Source: the human T2T-CHM13v2.0 reference genome, Homo sapiens. Taken from it: DNA of 64,000 nt. Below are positions 49,630 through 64,000 of the stretch, piece by piece (within the stretch, counting starts at the first letter, position 1; the number at the start of each line of letters is the position of its first letter). Under the pieces are notes generated by a model. The model did not search any database and was not told the origin of the DNA. It saw nothing but the letters and a program-made list of their open reading frames with translations. The DNA is taken from the NCBI RefSeq assembly GCF_009914755.1, contig NC_060935.1, one strand, 5' to 3'. The translations under genes were made by a program, and so were the position numbers.

Positions 49630-52600
49630 TGTAAACCAAAAAGTATCTGAGACAGGTCTCAATCAATTTAGAAAGTTTATTTTGCCAAGGTTAAGATGTG
49701 CCTATGACACAGCCTCAGGAGGTCCTGAAGTAATGTGCCTAAGGTGGTCGGGACACAGCTTGGTTTTATACATTTTAGGGAGACATGAGACATCAATCAA
49801 TATATGTAAGACGTACATTGGTTCAGTCCAGAAAAGTGGGACAAGTCAAAGCAGGGAGAGGGCTTCCAGGTCATAGGTAGATAAGACATAAACAGTTGCA
49901 TTATTTTTAGTTTCTGATCAGCCTTTCACTGAATACACAATTTACAGGAACAGTCACTTATGCCTTAGTCTAGCTTAGTGAAATAATGGAGCAAGGAAGC
50001 AATCAGATATGCATTTGTATCATGTTAACAGAGGGATGACTTTGAGTTCTGCTTTTTATCCACAAGGAATTTTCCCGTGGGCAAATTGTGACGGAGGTAT
50101 GTAGCTTTTTTTTTTTTTTTTTTAATCTTTGTAGCTATCTTATTTAGGAATAGAGTGGGAGGCAAGTATGCCCACAGTACCCAGTCTGACTTTTCCCTTT
50201 GGCTTAGTGATTTGGGGGAACTGAGGTTTATTTTCCTTTTGCATTTCCCCACTTTTCTTTTTAAAAAGCTTTCAAAGAAAGCATTTTAGAGGAAAATGAG
50301 TCTTTGGGCTGAGGTTTTGTCTGATCTCTCATGGCTAGGATGGTTTATTCCTAGACGGGTAGGTCCCACATTATTAGGAAAGCTCATTTTTAGCAGATTG
50401 TAAAGTCACACATTCTACAAAGAGAAAATAGGGGGAGGGAAGAAGAAAAACAACAACAAACAAACAAACAATGAAGAACAATCCTGGAAAATTCATACAG
50501 GTCATGTTACTCTGAAGTCCATACATCAGTAGGCAGGTATGAAAGTGGTTTAGGTACGTAAATAGGCTGCCATTATTTTCTTCTAAAGTTTAAGTTGTTC
50601 ACAAAGCTTTAAGAAAGCACGGCTTAATCTTCAGTGATTTCAAATCAGGAAAAATGGGAGAAAAGGAAAAAAAAGAAGAAGAAATATTGAAAACATTGTT
50701 TTGGAGACTTGTAGCCAGGAAAATTTTTAGAATTCAGTCTAAACTGTAGAAAGGAATAAAAACTGAAAAACATTAGGCAAGACTAGACTCTAACAAGTGT
50801 ACTATAGTTTATTTTGAAACATAATTTTTCTCTCTCCAGTCCTATTTTCACTAAAGACAAGTCATAAGACAAATTCATTTGCAAAATAAGTTTTAATCTT
50901 ATTATACTTGGCTGGGGTATTTTCATAAAGTCAGCAAGAATAACTATTTGTCATATAGGCTCCTCTTTTTTTTTTAATTGGCATTGCTGGAACTTTATTC
51001 CATAAGGAATCTCAGATTCAACTTTAATGCCTTAAGCCTAACCTCTGCCCACAAATATCTGTATTAATTGGGTGAATTCCTAAACTTGAATTCCCAAGAA
51101 AACTTGGGGCTCCTGGGACTATCAGAAAGTGACATTCTTTACTTACCACAGCATAATTGCCTGAGGGGTTCTTCCTGCCCACTGCATAAAGAAAGACCAC
51201 GACACTGTAGTAGAAAAAGAGTTTAACAGACACAAGGCCAGCCACACCACATGGGAGATGAAATTTCTACTCAAATCATCTCATTCAAAGCTGGTAAGGT
51301 TAGAGGTTTTTCAAAGGCAGTTTTGGGGAAGGGGTGGGGGTGGCCAGGTAGCAGGTACTTGCTGCTGATTGGTTGGGGTGGAGATGAAATCACAAGGGGT
51401 TGAAGCTGTCCTCCTGCAGGCCAAATCGCTTCTGGGTGCAGCCACAGGAGTGGGGTTGTTGGTCCAGGTGGAGCCATGGGTATGAGACATGCAAAAAAGT
51501 CTGGAAACATATCTCAAAAGGCCAATCTACAATAATGGTGTTATTTGCAGCAGTAATTGGGGAAGTAGCATATCTTATAACCTCCAGAATAATGGCTGAC
51601 AATTGTTTATGTCTACACCTTAGCAGGATTTAGCCTCCTCTCCTTCTCCCAGCCTGACGGCATCTCATTAGCTTTACAAAAGCAGTTGAGTTTGGGGCAA
51701 GGCCTATTATCATTTAACTATAGCCTAAATATCTTCCAAAGATAGCTTGGCCCAATAGCCCAGGAATAATTAAGGGAAAGGCAAGGTGGGGATTGTGTTA
51801 GCTTAGCTTACTGTTATACTTTTCTCACTGATATAACTTTTGCAAAGGCGTTTCAACAGGTAAGGAACCTGTACAGGGACTGTGTAGACAAGGTATGGGG
51901 CCATCTTTCCCAAGGGGTTTTCATTGGCTCTATAAGTCAACTTTGAATCCTTAAAGGCATCTGTATCTGAAAGCATGCCATTCCAGTCAAAACCTTGGTA
52001 AAATAACCTGTGTCTCCAATTGTGTCCTGTTACAAATGAAAACAGATTCTTATTGCACTTGTGCAAATGACTAATATTGCCATAAGTTAAAAATATTCAC
52101 AAGTAGTTTCCAAATTTTTGAGAAATCAGGTAGAGAGAAATATGTTCCAAATTTTGTTTACGGGAGTTTACTCAATTGTTAAAAGCTGTAAAAATCTCAA
52201 AAGAAAAGTTTATTGGCTCTGAAAAACAAAGGATCAGCAATGTTTTAAACAAAATGTCATAAAAGGATTATTTCAGTCTTCTATTAGTTCAATCCATGGA
52301 GTTAACTCCTATTCTGTTTGATATTCATGAACATTTCAGCTCTCCATGGGAGTCTTGGAAGTTTTTCCTCTATTCTAGTGTCACAGTCTCCAAAGTTATT
52401 AGAAATATATTTATATAAATGTGTTATTAGTATATGTTCCCGCATTGTATGAAATTCCTGTGATTCTGATATGTCTTAGCATATGTTAACAGTAGTAATT
52501 ATGATAATGTAAAATTGTTGTATGCCACAAAAGCAACCAAATTTCCTTGTCAATTGTGTCTTTATGACTGTTCTAAGACTTGTCATCCACAGTTGTTTCA

Positions 52601-52702
52601 CTTTTATCCTTTTCAAAAGATTTTTTTTTTTTATAATCAGCTATAGGACTCTGACAGGTGTCCTTGAATGCAGTTTTCTAATAACTTTATTTTCCTTTCA
52701 CA
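49630..52702 (-). mobile_element. Internally deleted MER4A-type ERV1 provirus: 3' LTR 49630-50243, internal sequence to ~52684, ~18-bp stub of 5' LTR
   Basis: Polypurine tract GAAAAGTGGGGAAA precedes the LTR TG on the minus strand; stub TTTATTTTCCTTTCACA repeats the LTR start; flanks CTTT/CCTT. Confidence 0.75.
51152..51855 (-). mobile_element. Solo ERV1 LTR (LOR1/MER49-like) nested in the MER4 internal region
   Basis: TSD ACAG at 51148-51151 and 51856-51859; terminus TTTTGCAAAGGCGTTTCA. Confidence 0.75.
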
Positions 52703-53468
52703 CCTTCAAGGAGAAGGAGGCCTTCAAACTCCCCCAGTGGCATAGCCAGTGCTAGCAAGATGGCAGTAAGGAGTACAGGCAGGCTGGCAAAGCACATGAT
52801 AAAATTACAGTGGTCATCTGGACAACTCTGATGGCTGCTTTCTATAGCATGTTCCTAAGTCTCTAGGGTGAAAGATAAGGCCTAGGCCCTCGAATACATC
52901 TCGGTGTTCAGGCTGGAGGGTGGTGCTGTGGCCTGCTCGGGACTGCTTTTCTGGGGCTTGATCACAGGACTGAGGGAAATTTGATGAGGGTGCAGCCTGC
53001 ACTGCAATAAAAGGGCCTATGGTGAGATGAAACCAGGGAGGGATTACCCAAAGAAGCCAAATAAAGGAAGAGGAGCATGAAATCTGGTCAGAGAAGCTGG
53101 AAGTTAGAGCAAGATTCTGACATGAAAGGCAACATCTATAAATGAGAAATGGAATTGAAGTTGGAGGAAGTCAGTTTCCCCAGGGATAGAAAGCAGAGAT
53201 TAGGAAGTGCTGGCCAGGATCCATCAGAGCCACATTGTGATGTAAGGTTGTAAGTGAATGGTTTGTTGCATCCAAGTGCACAGTACACATGAGCAAGAAG
53301 CCCCATGGTAATCAAATCTTGGGGTCTGGCCCAGCAGGAGAGAGAGAGAAAGGAATACTATACAACACTGTGATTCCAGACACCATATCATCTCTCCAGC
53401 CCAGCAATCTCCTTGTGACAATCATGGCAAAAGCCATCATTCTCTAAACTTTTTTTAATTTTTTACCT

Positions 53469-54040
53469 TGTAGGGAAAGGAAAACTTCTCCTCTACCCTC
53501 TTAGGTTCTTAAACTGAGACCTACAGATTAAATTGACAAAAAAAAAATTATGATTAACGGGAGAAATCATACAAATTTTATTTGATGTCAACAATTTTAC
53601 ATAGCATCAGGGACCTCACAGACAAGAAGTGAAAACCCCAAAGAAGCAGTTAGACCCAAAGGCTTGTATACCATTTTAACCAAGGGCTGTAAATTTTTGG
53701 AGAAGTGACAAGGCAAAGGAAAAGGATATGGAATTCTAGGGGTAGCAAGTTCTGGGAAAGTAACTAGGGGGTATATGGGGAAAACTAATGAAAAATAAGG
53801 GTTACTTTAGGAAGTTTTGCTTGGCAAACATATCTCAGCATTGACCTCCCATCTCCAGTGATAAGAATGTTCTCTCCTTCCTAGGAAAACCTTTCTCATG
53901 GGAAATTTATGCCCTGCTTTTAGGTAGAAATGGGAAGAGCAGACAGCCCTTTCTGAATCTGCTGTTTTTCAGTTCCCTTCAGATCAAAATAATGAACATG
54001 CTTAAGTGGCATATTTTGGTGTGGCGTGTTCAGATGCCCA
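53469..54040 (-). mobile_element. ERV1 solo LTR (MER31/MER34-like)
   Basis: TGTAGGGAAAGGAAAAC...AAGTGGCATATTTTGGTGTGGC pattern; right boundary approximate. Confidence 0.55.
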
Positions 54041-54815
54041 TGCCTTTCAATCTCAAGAATGAGTTCTGTACAAAACTCTCATGCACTTTTGGTGAGAATG
54101 TAAAATATTACAACCAGTTTATTATTAGTATTATTTTAGAGACAGAGTCTTGTTCTGTTGCCCCGGGGTGGAGTGCAGTGGTGCCATCATAGCTCACTGC
54201 AGCTTCCAACTCCGGAGCTCTAGCCATATTACTGTTTCAGCTTCCCAAGTAGCTGAAACTACAGGCACGCACCATCACACTGAACTCATTGATCTGACAG
54301 TTTCTTGTAAAGTTAAGCACTCCCTGTCCTATGACTTAGCCATTCCATGCCTAGGTATTTACCCCAGAAGAAAGAAAACATACGTCTTCACAAAGAATTC
54401 TACACAAACGTTCCAAAGAGCGTTATTCATAACAGTTGAAAATCTGAAACAAATCAAGTATTCATCAACAAGTGAGTGGAAAAACAAGTTATAGTACATT
54501 CATACAATAAAATATTACTCAGCGATGAACCATTTGATAGACACAATGCATTGATAAATTTTACAATTGTATTGTGTGAAAGGAGCAGACACAAAGAATT
54601 CAAGTTGTTTCCTAGCTGCTGGTTGTAAAAAAAAAAAAGAATTCAAATTTTATTATTCCATTTATATGAAATTCTACAACAGGAAAACTAGTCTGTCATA
54701 ATGCAGAGCAGTGGTTGCCCATGGCCAGGTATGACATGGGGTACTACAAAGGAGCCCATGGCACTTTTGGAGTGAGGAAATGTTCCATGTCTTGACTGTG
54801 GTGGTGGATACATAG

Positions 54816-55147
<332 letters not shown>

Positions 55148-55203
55148 TGAACTATACACTTTAAATGGAGGCAGTTTGTTGTATTATAAATTATACCTCA
55201 GTA

Positions 55204-55823
55204 TATATCCAAAGGATTATAAATCATGCTGCTATAAAGACACATGCACAAGTATGTTTATTGCGGCACTATTCACAATAGCAAAGACTTGGAACTAACC
55301 CAAATGTCCAACAATGATAGACTGGATTAAGAAAATGTGGCACATATACCCCATGGAATACTATGCAGCCATAAAAAATGGTGAGTTCATGTCCTTTGTA
55401 AGGACATGGATGAAGCTGGAAACCATGATTCTCAGCCAACTATCGCAAGGACAAAAAAACCAAACACTGCATGTTCTCACTCATAAGTGGGAATTGAACA
55501 ATGAGAATACATGGACACAGGAAGGGGAACATTACACACTGGGGACTGTTGTGGGGTGGGGGGAAGGGGAGAGGGATAGCATTAGGAGATATACCTAATG
55601 CTAAATGACGAGTTAATGGGTGCAGCACACCAACATGGCACATGTATACATATGTAACAAACCTGCACGTTGTGCACATGTACCCTAAAACTTAAAGTAT
55701 AATAATAATAAAATTTAAAATATATATATTAGTCAGTGATTGAGCTAGAACTCAAACCTAATTCTACTCTATACTGCATATTGTTTCAGTTTACAATAAA
55801 AATATTTATGCTTAAAAAAATAA
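55204..55823 (+). mobile_element. 5'-truncated L1PA (about PA4-5) 3' end carrying a ~95-bp 3' transduction
   Basis: L1 3'UTR to ~55720, then non-L1 sequence, AATAAA at 55795, second A-rich tail; 18-bp TSD ATAAATTATACCTCAGTA at 55186-55203 and 55824-55841. Confidence 0.9.
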
Positions 55824-56441
55824 ATAAATTATACCTCAGTAATGTTGATTAATTAAAAAAAGAATGAGCTCTGATAACTAAACTGTTAATCTTACAAACC
55901 TAAGAGAAGTCTGCAAGGACCACTTACTCCCGCAACCAAACAGATAATTGTGAGCTAGTCCTGGAATGTGCAAGGCCAGTAGAGAGGAGACACACCTCTT
56001 CATGGATAGGAATCAGGGAGGGACCACACAGGAGCCTGGGAAGGAATGTCCTTGCCAGGGTGAGGTGGCCAGGAGCTGAGCCTGCAGAGAGGGGGAACCT
56101 GGGGGCTGAAAACAGGGTAGCAGGCAGCCAGCTTTGCAGGGAGGGAAGAAGGGAGAGGAGAGGTGCCCCTGAGGCCAGAGTTCTCTAGCAACACTGATGT
56201 GGGTATCAGAACTTCAGAACTGCAGAGAAGTCGTAAAGCTAAGCATGACCACCCTTTCTTAGTCAAAGTCTTCTAAAAAGTCTAAAGTGACTCCATCCAA
56301 GAGAAGAAAGAGAAGCAAACTGTCTCTGGGGGAAAGCCTCCCCAATTTAGGCCTCAACAACTATCGCTCAAAAACCAAGAAATGAACTCATAGCCTTGAA
56401 AGTCTGAATAAGAATAAATAAAAACAAGAAACATAGATTCA

Positions 56442-56751
56442 GGCCAGGCAAGGTGGCTCACGCCTGTAATCCCAGCACTTTGGGAGGCCAAGGCAGGTGG
56501 ATCACTTAAGCTCAGGAGTTCAAGACCAACCTGGGCAACATGGTGAAGGCTCATCTCTACAAAAATTAGCCAGGCGTGATGACACATGCCTGTAGTCTCA
56601 GCTACTCAGGAGGCTGAGGTGAGATGATCACTTGAGCCTGGGAGGTCCAGGCTACAGTGAGCCGAGATCATGCCACTGCGCTCCAGCCTCGGCAAGAGTG
56701 AAACCCTGTCTCAAAAAAAAAAAAAAAAGAAAAGAAAAGAAAGAAAGAAAG
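56442..56751 (+). mobile_element. AluJ
   Basis: GATCACTTGAGCCTGGGAGGTCCAGGCTACAGT; near-TSD AAGAAACATAGATTCAG/AAGAGACACAGATTCAG. Confidence 0.92.
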
Positions 56752-57126
56752 AAGAGACACAGATTCAGACCACTAAGAATTATAGATGTTACATTTATCA
56801 GCTTCGTATGAAAATGTTTTTAAAATTTAAGGATGTAATTACAAAAATAAGCTTATAAGAAATAAGAAAAAATAGATTTGTTTTAAAAATCCTTTTATAT
56901 GAAAAAGAAAGAAAATAAAATAGAACTTCTACAGATGAAGAATATAATTATTGAAATCTAAAATTCAATATACAGAACAGATAGCAGCTGAAGTCAGAAT
57001 TAGAGAGCTGAAGCTATGGCCAAAGAATTTATCCAGACAGCAGCATAAACGGATAGCAGATTGAAAATATGAAAGCTTAAGAGACATGGAGAATAAGGTC
57101 AGGAGAGGCAATATTAAGAGCAAATG

Positions 57127-57495
<369 letters not shown>

Positions 57496-57977
57496 TTATC
57501 CCAAGCAGAATACATAAAAAGAAAGCCACCTTAAAATACATCACAATGGAACAGCAGACTCTAAAGACAAACAGATCTTGAAGCATCCAGAAAGAAAGGA
57601 CCACAAAGAAACAACAAAGCAAAAAAGAAGCCAGAGATGGCAGAATGTTTTGAAAGTACTAAGATATTATAACTGCTAATTTAGAATTGTACATCCAGGA
57701 AAACTGTTTTTCAAAAATGAAATCAAGCCAGGCACAGTGGCATGTGCATGTAATTCCAGCTACTCAGGAGGCTGGGGCGGGAGGTTCCCTTGAGCCCAGG
57801 CAATACAGCGAAAACTTGTCCCTTAAAAAAAAAAAAAAAATGAATGAATGAATGAAAGCAAACCACTTTCACAGTTTTTAAAAATGTGGACTACCAAGGG
57901 AACTGCTCTAAAAAAAAAAGAGAGAAAAAGCTTTACTTCAAGTAGGTGAAAAGATTTCAGAAGAAAGTCTTAGAACA

Positions 57978-58284
<307 letters not shown>

Positions 58285-58654
58285 TTAGAATAAAGTCTTG
58301 TCCTAGAAAGACAAGAAGAAATAGTGTACAGAGAAAGTGGTAAACAGGTAAGCAAATTGAAACATACTGGGTGTTAGCCTTATAAATATAATACTAATAG
58401 TGTTTACATCATGTGGCTAGTTCCTCCACCCACGGGAAATAATGAACAACAGTGTATAAATCAGAACGGGAAATACCAAAGTGAAAGCATTTTAAAGTCC
58501 TTTTAACATCATCGGTGCCGTTCTTTAAACAGAGTTAATGCATTAAAAATGCATAATAACTTCTGCACCTGCATGCAGCTGGTGCAATAGCAATGCCTAT
58601 TTCTCTGTCCATCTGGAAGGAACTTGCAGAGGATGATGCAATACCATGACTATC

Positions 58655-58882
<228 letters not shown>

Positions 58883-59116
58883 TATTGGAATGTAAAGAAT
58901 TTCTGGGGATTGTGTTCCATGGAAGTTTGTCACTGGCCTACGTTCCTGAACTGTGAAACATGAATATGTGGGCAAAGGAATAGTTTGTTTTGATAGATTA
59001 ACAAATATGAAAAAAATGCATGATAAAATCAAGAGCTATAATTAAAACACTAAAATTGGAATATGTGCTTCCTAAGTAGTAGAGAAACAGGAAAAATAAG
59101 AACATGCAATCAATCA

Positions 59117-59302
<186 letters not shown>

Positions 59303-59992
59303 TTAAAAAGAACACAGAAAAGTGAACCAAATAAAAATCAAAAATTAAATGTAAGAAATTAGTCCAAATACTCAACATAGAAAATGCTAATGGACTAGAC
59401 TTGCCAATGCAAAGAGAGAAACAGATCAAATTGTTTAAATATTTAGCTATATGTGTTTATAAGAGTTACACCTCAAGCATAAAGATATGGAATGGTTGAA
59501 AGTAAAAAAAAATATGAGGAAAATATATGTGAGAAAATGCTAATCAAGGGAAATCTAGTGTAGCTATATATATTTTTATTTATTTACTTTTAAATAAATA
59601 AACTATGAGGTAGGTACTAGAAGGTCAAATATGAAAACAACGTGATCCATGCCTGAAAAGATGTAGAGTTTAGTAAGGATAACAAACAAAGAAATGGATC
59701 ATTTATTCCACTTTAGAACCAGACAAAAGAGGAAATTCACATTTTAGGAAGAATGTATAGTCCTGAAATATAACCAGTCTATTTTTATTTATTTTTCAAG
59801 ACAGGGTAACCCTGTTGCCCAGGCTGGAGTGCAGTGGTGCAATCATAGCTCACTGCAGCCTCAAACACCTAGGCTCAAGCCCTCCTTCCACCTCAGCCTG
59901 TGAGTAGCTGGGTCTACAGGTACACACCACTACACGTGACTATGATGTAGCTATACTAATTTCAGCAAAATAGATTTTAAGACAAAAGCATC

Positions 59993-60376
<384 letters not shown>

Positions 60377-60845
60377 CTAATTAGATTCAAAATAACTCAG
60401 TATGTGGTAAAACAAAAACTGACAAAGTTACAGAGAGAAACTAACAACTCCATCATTACATTGAGAAGATACTAAACTTCCTCTCTCAATTGTTGCTAGG
60501 TCAAACAAATAAAAAAAGATCAATTATATATAGGTTAAAGATCAGAATTAGCAAGCTTTACATAACAGACTTATAGAGTTCTGTGTCCTAAATTTAAATG
60601 ATAAACATTCTTCTAAGGTACACCTGGACCACTTGATAACATACTTGGCTATAAAGTAAGACAATTAATTTTTTAAAATAGGTATTGTATAGATATATTC
60701 TCTGGAAAAAAACAAAATTAAATTGGAAGTTATTAATAAAAAGATAAAGAAAGATGAATTATAGCTTTTGTTTATGAATAGGAAAACTGAATATCACAAA
60801 AATATCAGTTCAGCTCAGTACGTCTTTAGAATCAATGCAACCTAA

Positions 60846-61212
<367 letters not shown>

Positions 61213-61355
61213 TAACCAAGACACTTTTGAAGAAAAAGATGGTAGACAAGAGGGAGAGGCTGCCCTGGATATATTCTAAAACTAAGGTAATTAAGACAAC
61301 ATAATATTGCACCTGCTCTACCAGGTTTCAAAACTAATTCTAAAACTAGAGATGT

Positions 61356-61620
<265 letters not shown>

Positions 61621-61718
61621 CTAGAGATGTAGCCATTAATATGGCACAGCAATGGTTCAGAGTGGACAAAATAGAAACAAGAGCCAGAAACACTACCAGA
61701 CACTATGAAACTGTGATA

Positions 61719-62265
<547 letters not shown>

Positions 62266-62993
62266 TATTTTTCTTTTAATGGCACGGTAGATGAATAGGG
62301 AAAGGAAGGACAATTCAAAAAATAGAATTTAAAAATCCCACATAGATTGAAGGATAAAAACAATACTTTAAAAAACATCAAAAATACGTAGATAAAATGC
62401 CTGTCTCTGGTATTCATATAGGAAGAATTTCTTAAACAAGACCCATAAAAGTCCTAGCCATAAGATAAAGGATTGGTAAATTTAACTACATTAAAATTAA
62501 GATCTGTTCTTCAAAATACACCTTAAGGAAAGTGAAAGGAAAAGCTGAAAAGTTAGAGCATATATTTGTAACATTTATGACTGATAAAGGATTGGTATAA
62601 AAATATGTACTGAAGTCTTTAAAAAAAAAAGTCCCTCTCAAAAATAAATAATAAATAGAAAACAACCTATAGAACCTAGTAGAAAACAACCTAATAGTAA
62701 AGCATATGGAGAGATTTTTTTTAACAGGATTCAAATACATATGGCCACTAAACATATGAAGTGATTTCAACCTCATTAGTAATCAGGAAAATGCAAATTA
62801 AGCACACAAATAGATACCATTAACTATCCATCCATTTTTTACAGTTGAGGGAAAAACTAAAACATGACAGAGTTTATTCATCAATGGGAACTTTTATATA
62901 CTGTTAGAAGGCATGTAAATTGGAACAGCCTCTTTGAAAAACAAGTCTGCATTATCTTGTAAGTATGAATATTCACATATCTTACAACCCAGT

Positions 62994-63361
62994 TGTCTTA
63001 GTCTGTTCAGACTGACACATTGAAATGAGACACAAAATATCACTGACTGGGTGATTTAAACAACAGAAGTTTATTTTCCCACAGTTCTGGAAGGTGGAAG
63101 TCTGGCAGCAGTTGACAGCATGGTCAGGTTCAGTGAGGGCTCTGTTCCTGCCTTGCACATGGCCACCTTCTCATCGTGTCCTCACATGAGACACACAGAA
63201 AGACTCTTCTTATAAGGCCACAGGCTTATTGGATTAGGGCCCCACTCTTAACAACCTCATTTAACCTTAATTACCTCCTAAAGACCCTATCTCAGATACA
63301 GTCATATTGGGGGTTAGAACTCAACACAGAATTTTGAGGAGACAAAATTCAGCCCATACCA
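62994..63361 (-). mobile_element. MLT1A-like MaLR LTR inserted in old L1M
   Basis: TGTCTTAGTC...GACTGGGTGATTTAAACAACAGAAGTTTATTT...AATTCAGCCCATACCA. Confidence 0.75.
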
Positions 63362-64000
63362 CTAACTCCCAGGTGCCCAAGAATACATATATAAAAGGAT
63401 GTTTAAAGCACCAATTTTCATAATATCAACAAATTTAAGCAAGCCACATGTCCACCAACAATAAAATGGAAAATAAATTGTGGTATATTTATACAAAATA
63501 CTATTATACATCAGTGAAAATGAAGAATGAGCTGCAGTTCTATGCAACAACATGAATACACATCAGTAAACTAAGGTTGAAAAGAAAAAAGAAAGTTCAA
63601 AAAATTACTACTTTCAGTATGATACACTTTTTATTGAGCTCAAAAACTAGCAAAATTCAACAATGTATTGTTCAGTCATGCATATATATTTGAAATAAAA
63701 CTATCATTTTTATGCAAATGATGGATACAAAATTCAGGTGAGTAGTTATTTCTAGGGGTGGGGCAGTAAGGCAGTGAAATATTGATGGATATAACTCAGA
63801 GTGTCTCAAAAGCCAATTGTTAAATTTTTTAGGACTTTCAAGAGCCCCTTGTCAAACCACTGGTAGCCTGAAATCAGCCATGGTGGGAGTATTTACACCA
63901 TGGAAACTGGCAAATACTGAAACCAAGAGGCTGGTTGTTAAACATTTACCAGTATACCACTGAATGTAAGCTGTTGCTAGTGTTCCAGTTCTTGGTTTGA

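Overview
Human (or closely related primate) genomic DNA that I recognise as the chr11p15.4 OR10A6-OR10A3-NLRP10 interval. It holds three intact minus-strand genes: two single-coding-exon olfactory receptors (OR10A6 with Pro287, and OR10A3) and the LRR-less NLR gene NLRP10 (655 aa, two coding exons plus a probable short non-coding first exon). It also holds a COX6C processed pseudogene, a heavily decayed third OR10A-like relic, and dense L1/Alu/LTR/DNA-transposon sequence. I found no convincing new multi-gene system. The most interesting signals are retrotransposon events readable from the sequence: (1) an AluY copied with its 36-bp unique 3' flank, ending just short of the Pol III terminator, into a TSD-less deletion 1 kb away; (2) an old L1 that supplies the last codons, stop and 3' UTR of NLRP10; (3) an L1 3' transduction; (4) a twin-primed L1 that may have deleted its target site. 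Repeat subfamily names come from my memory of consensus sequences and need RepeatMasker/Dfam confirmation.
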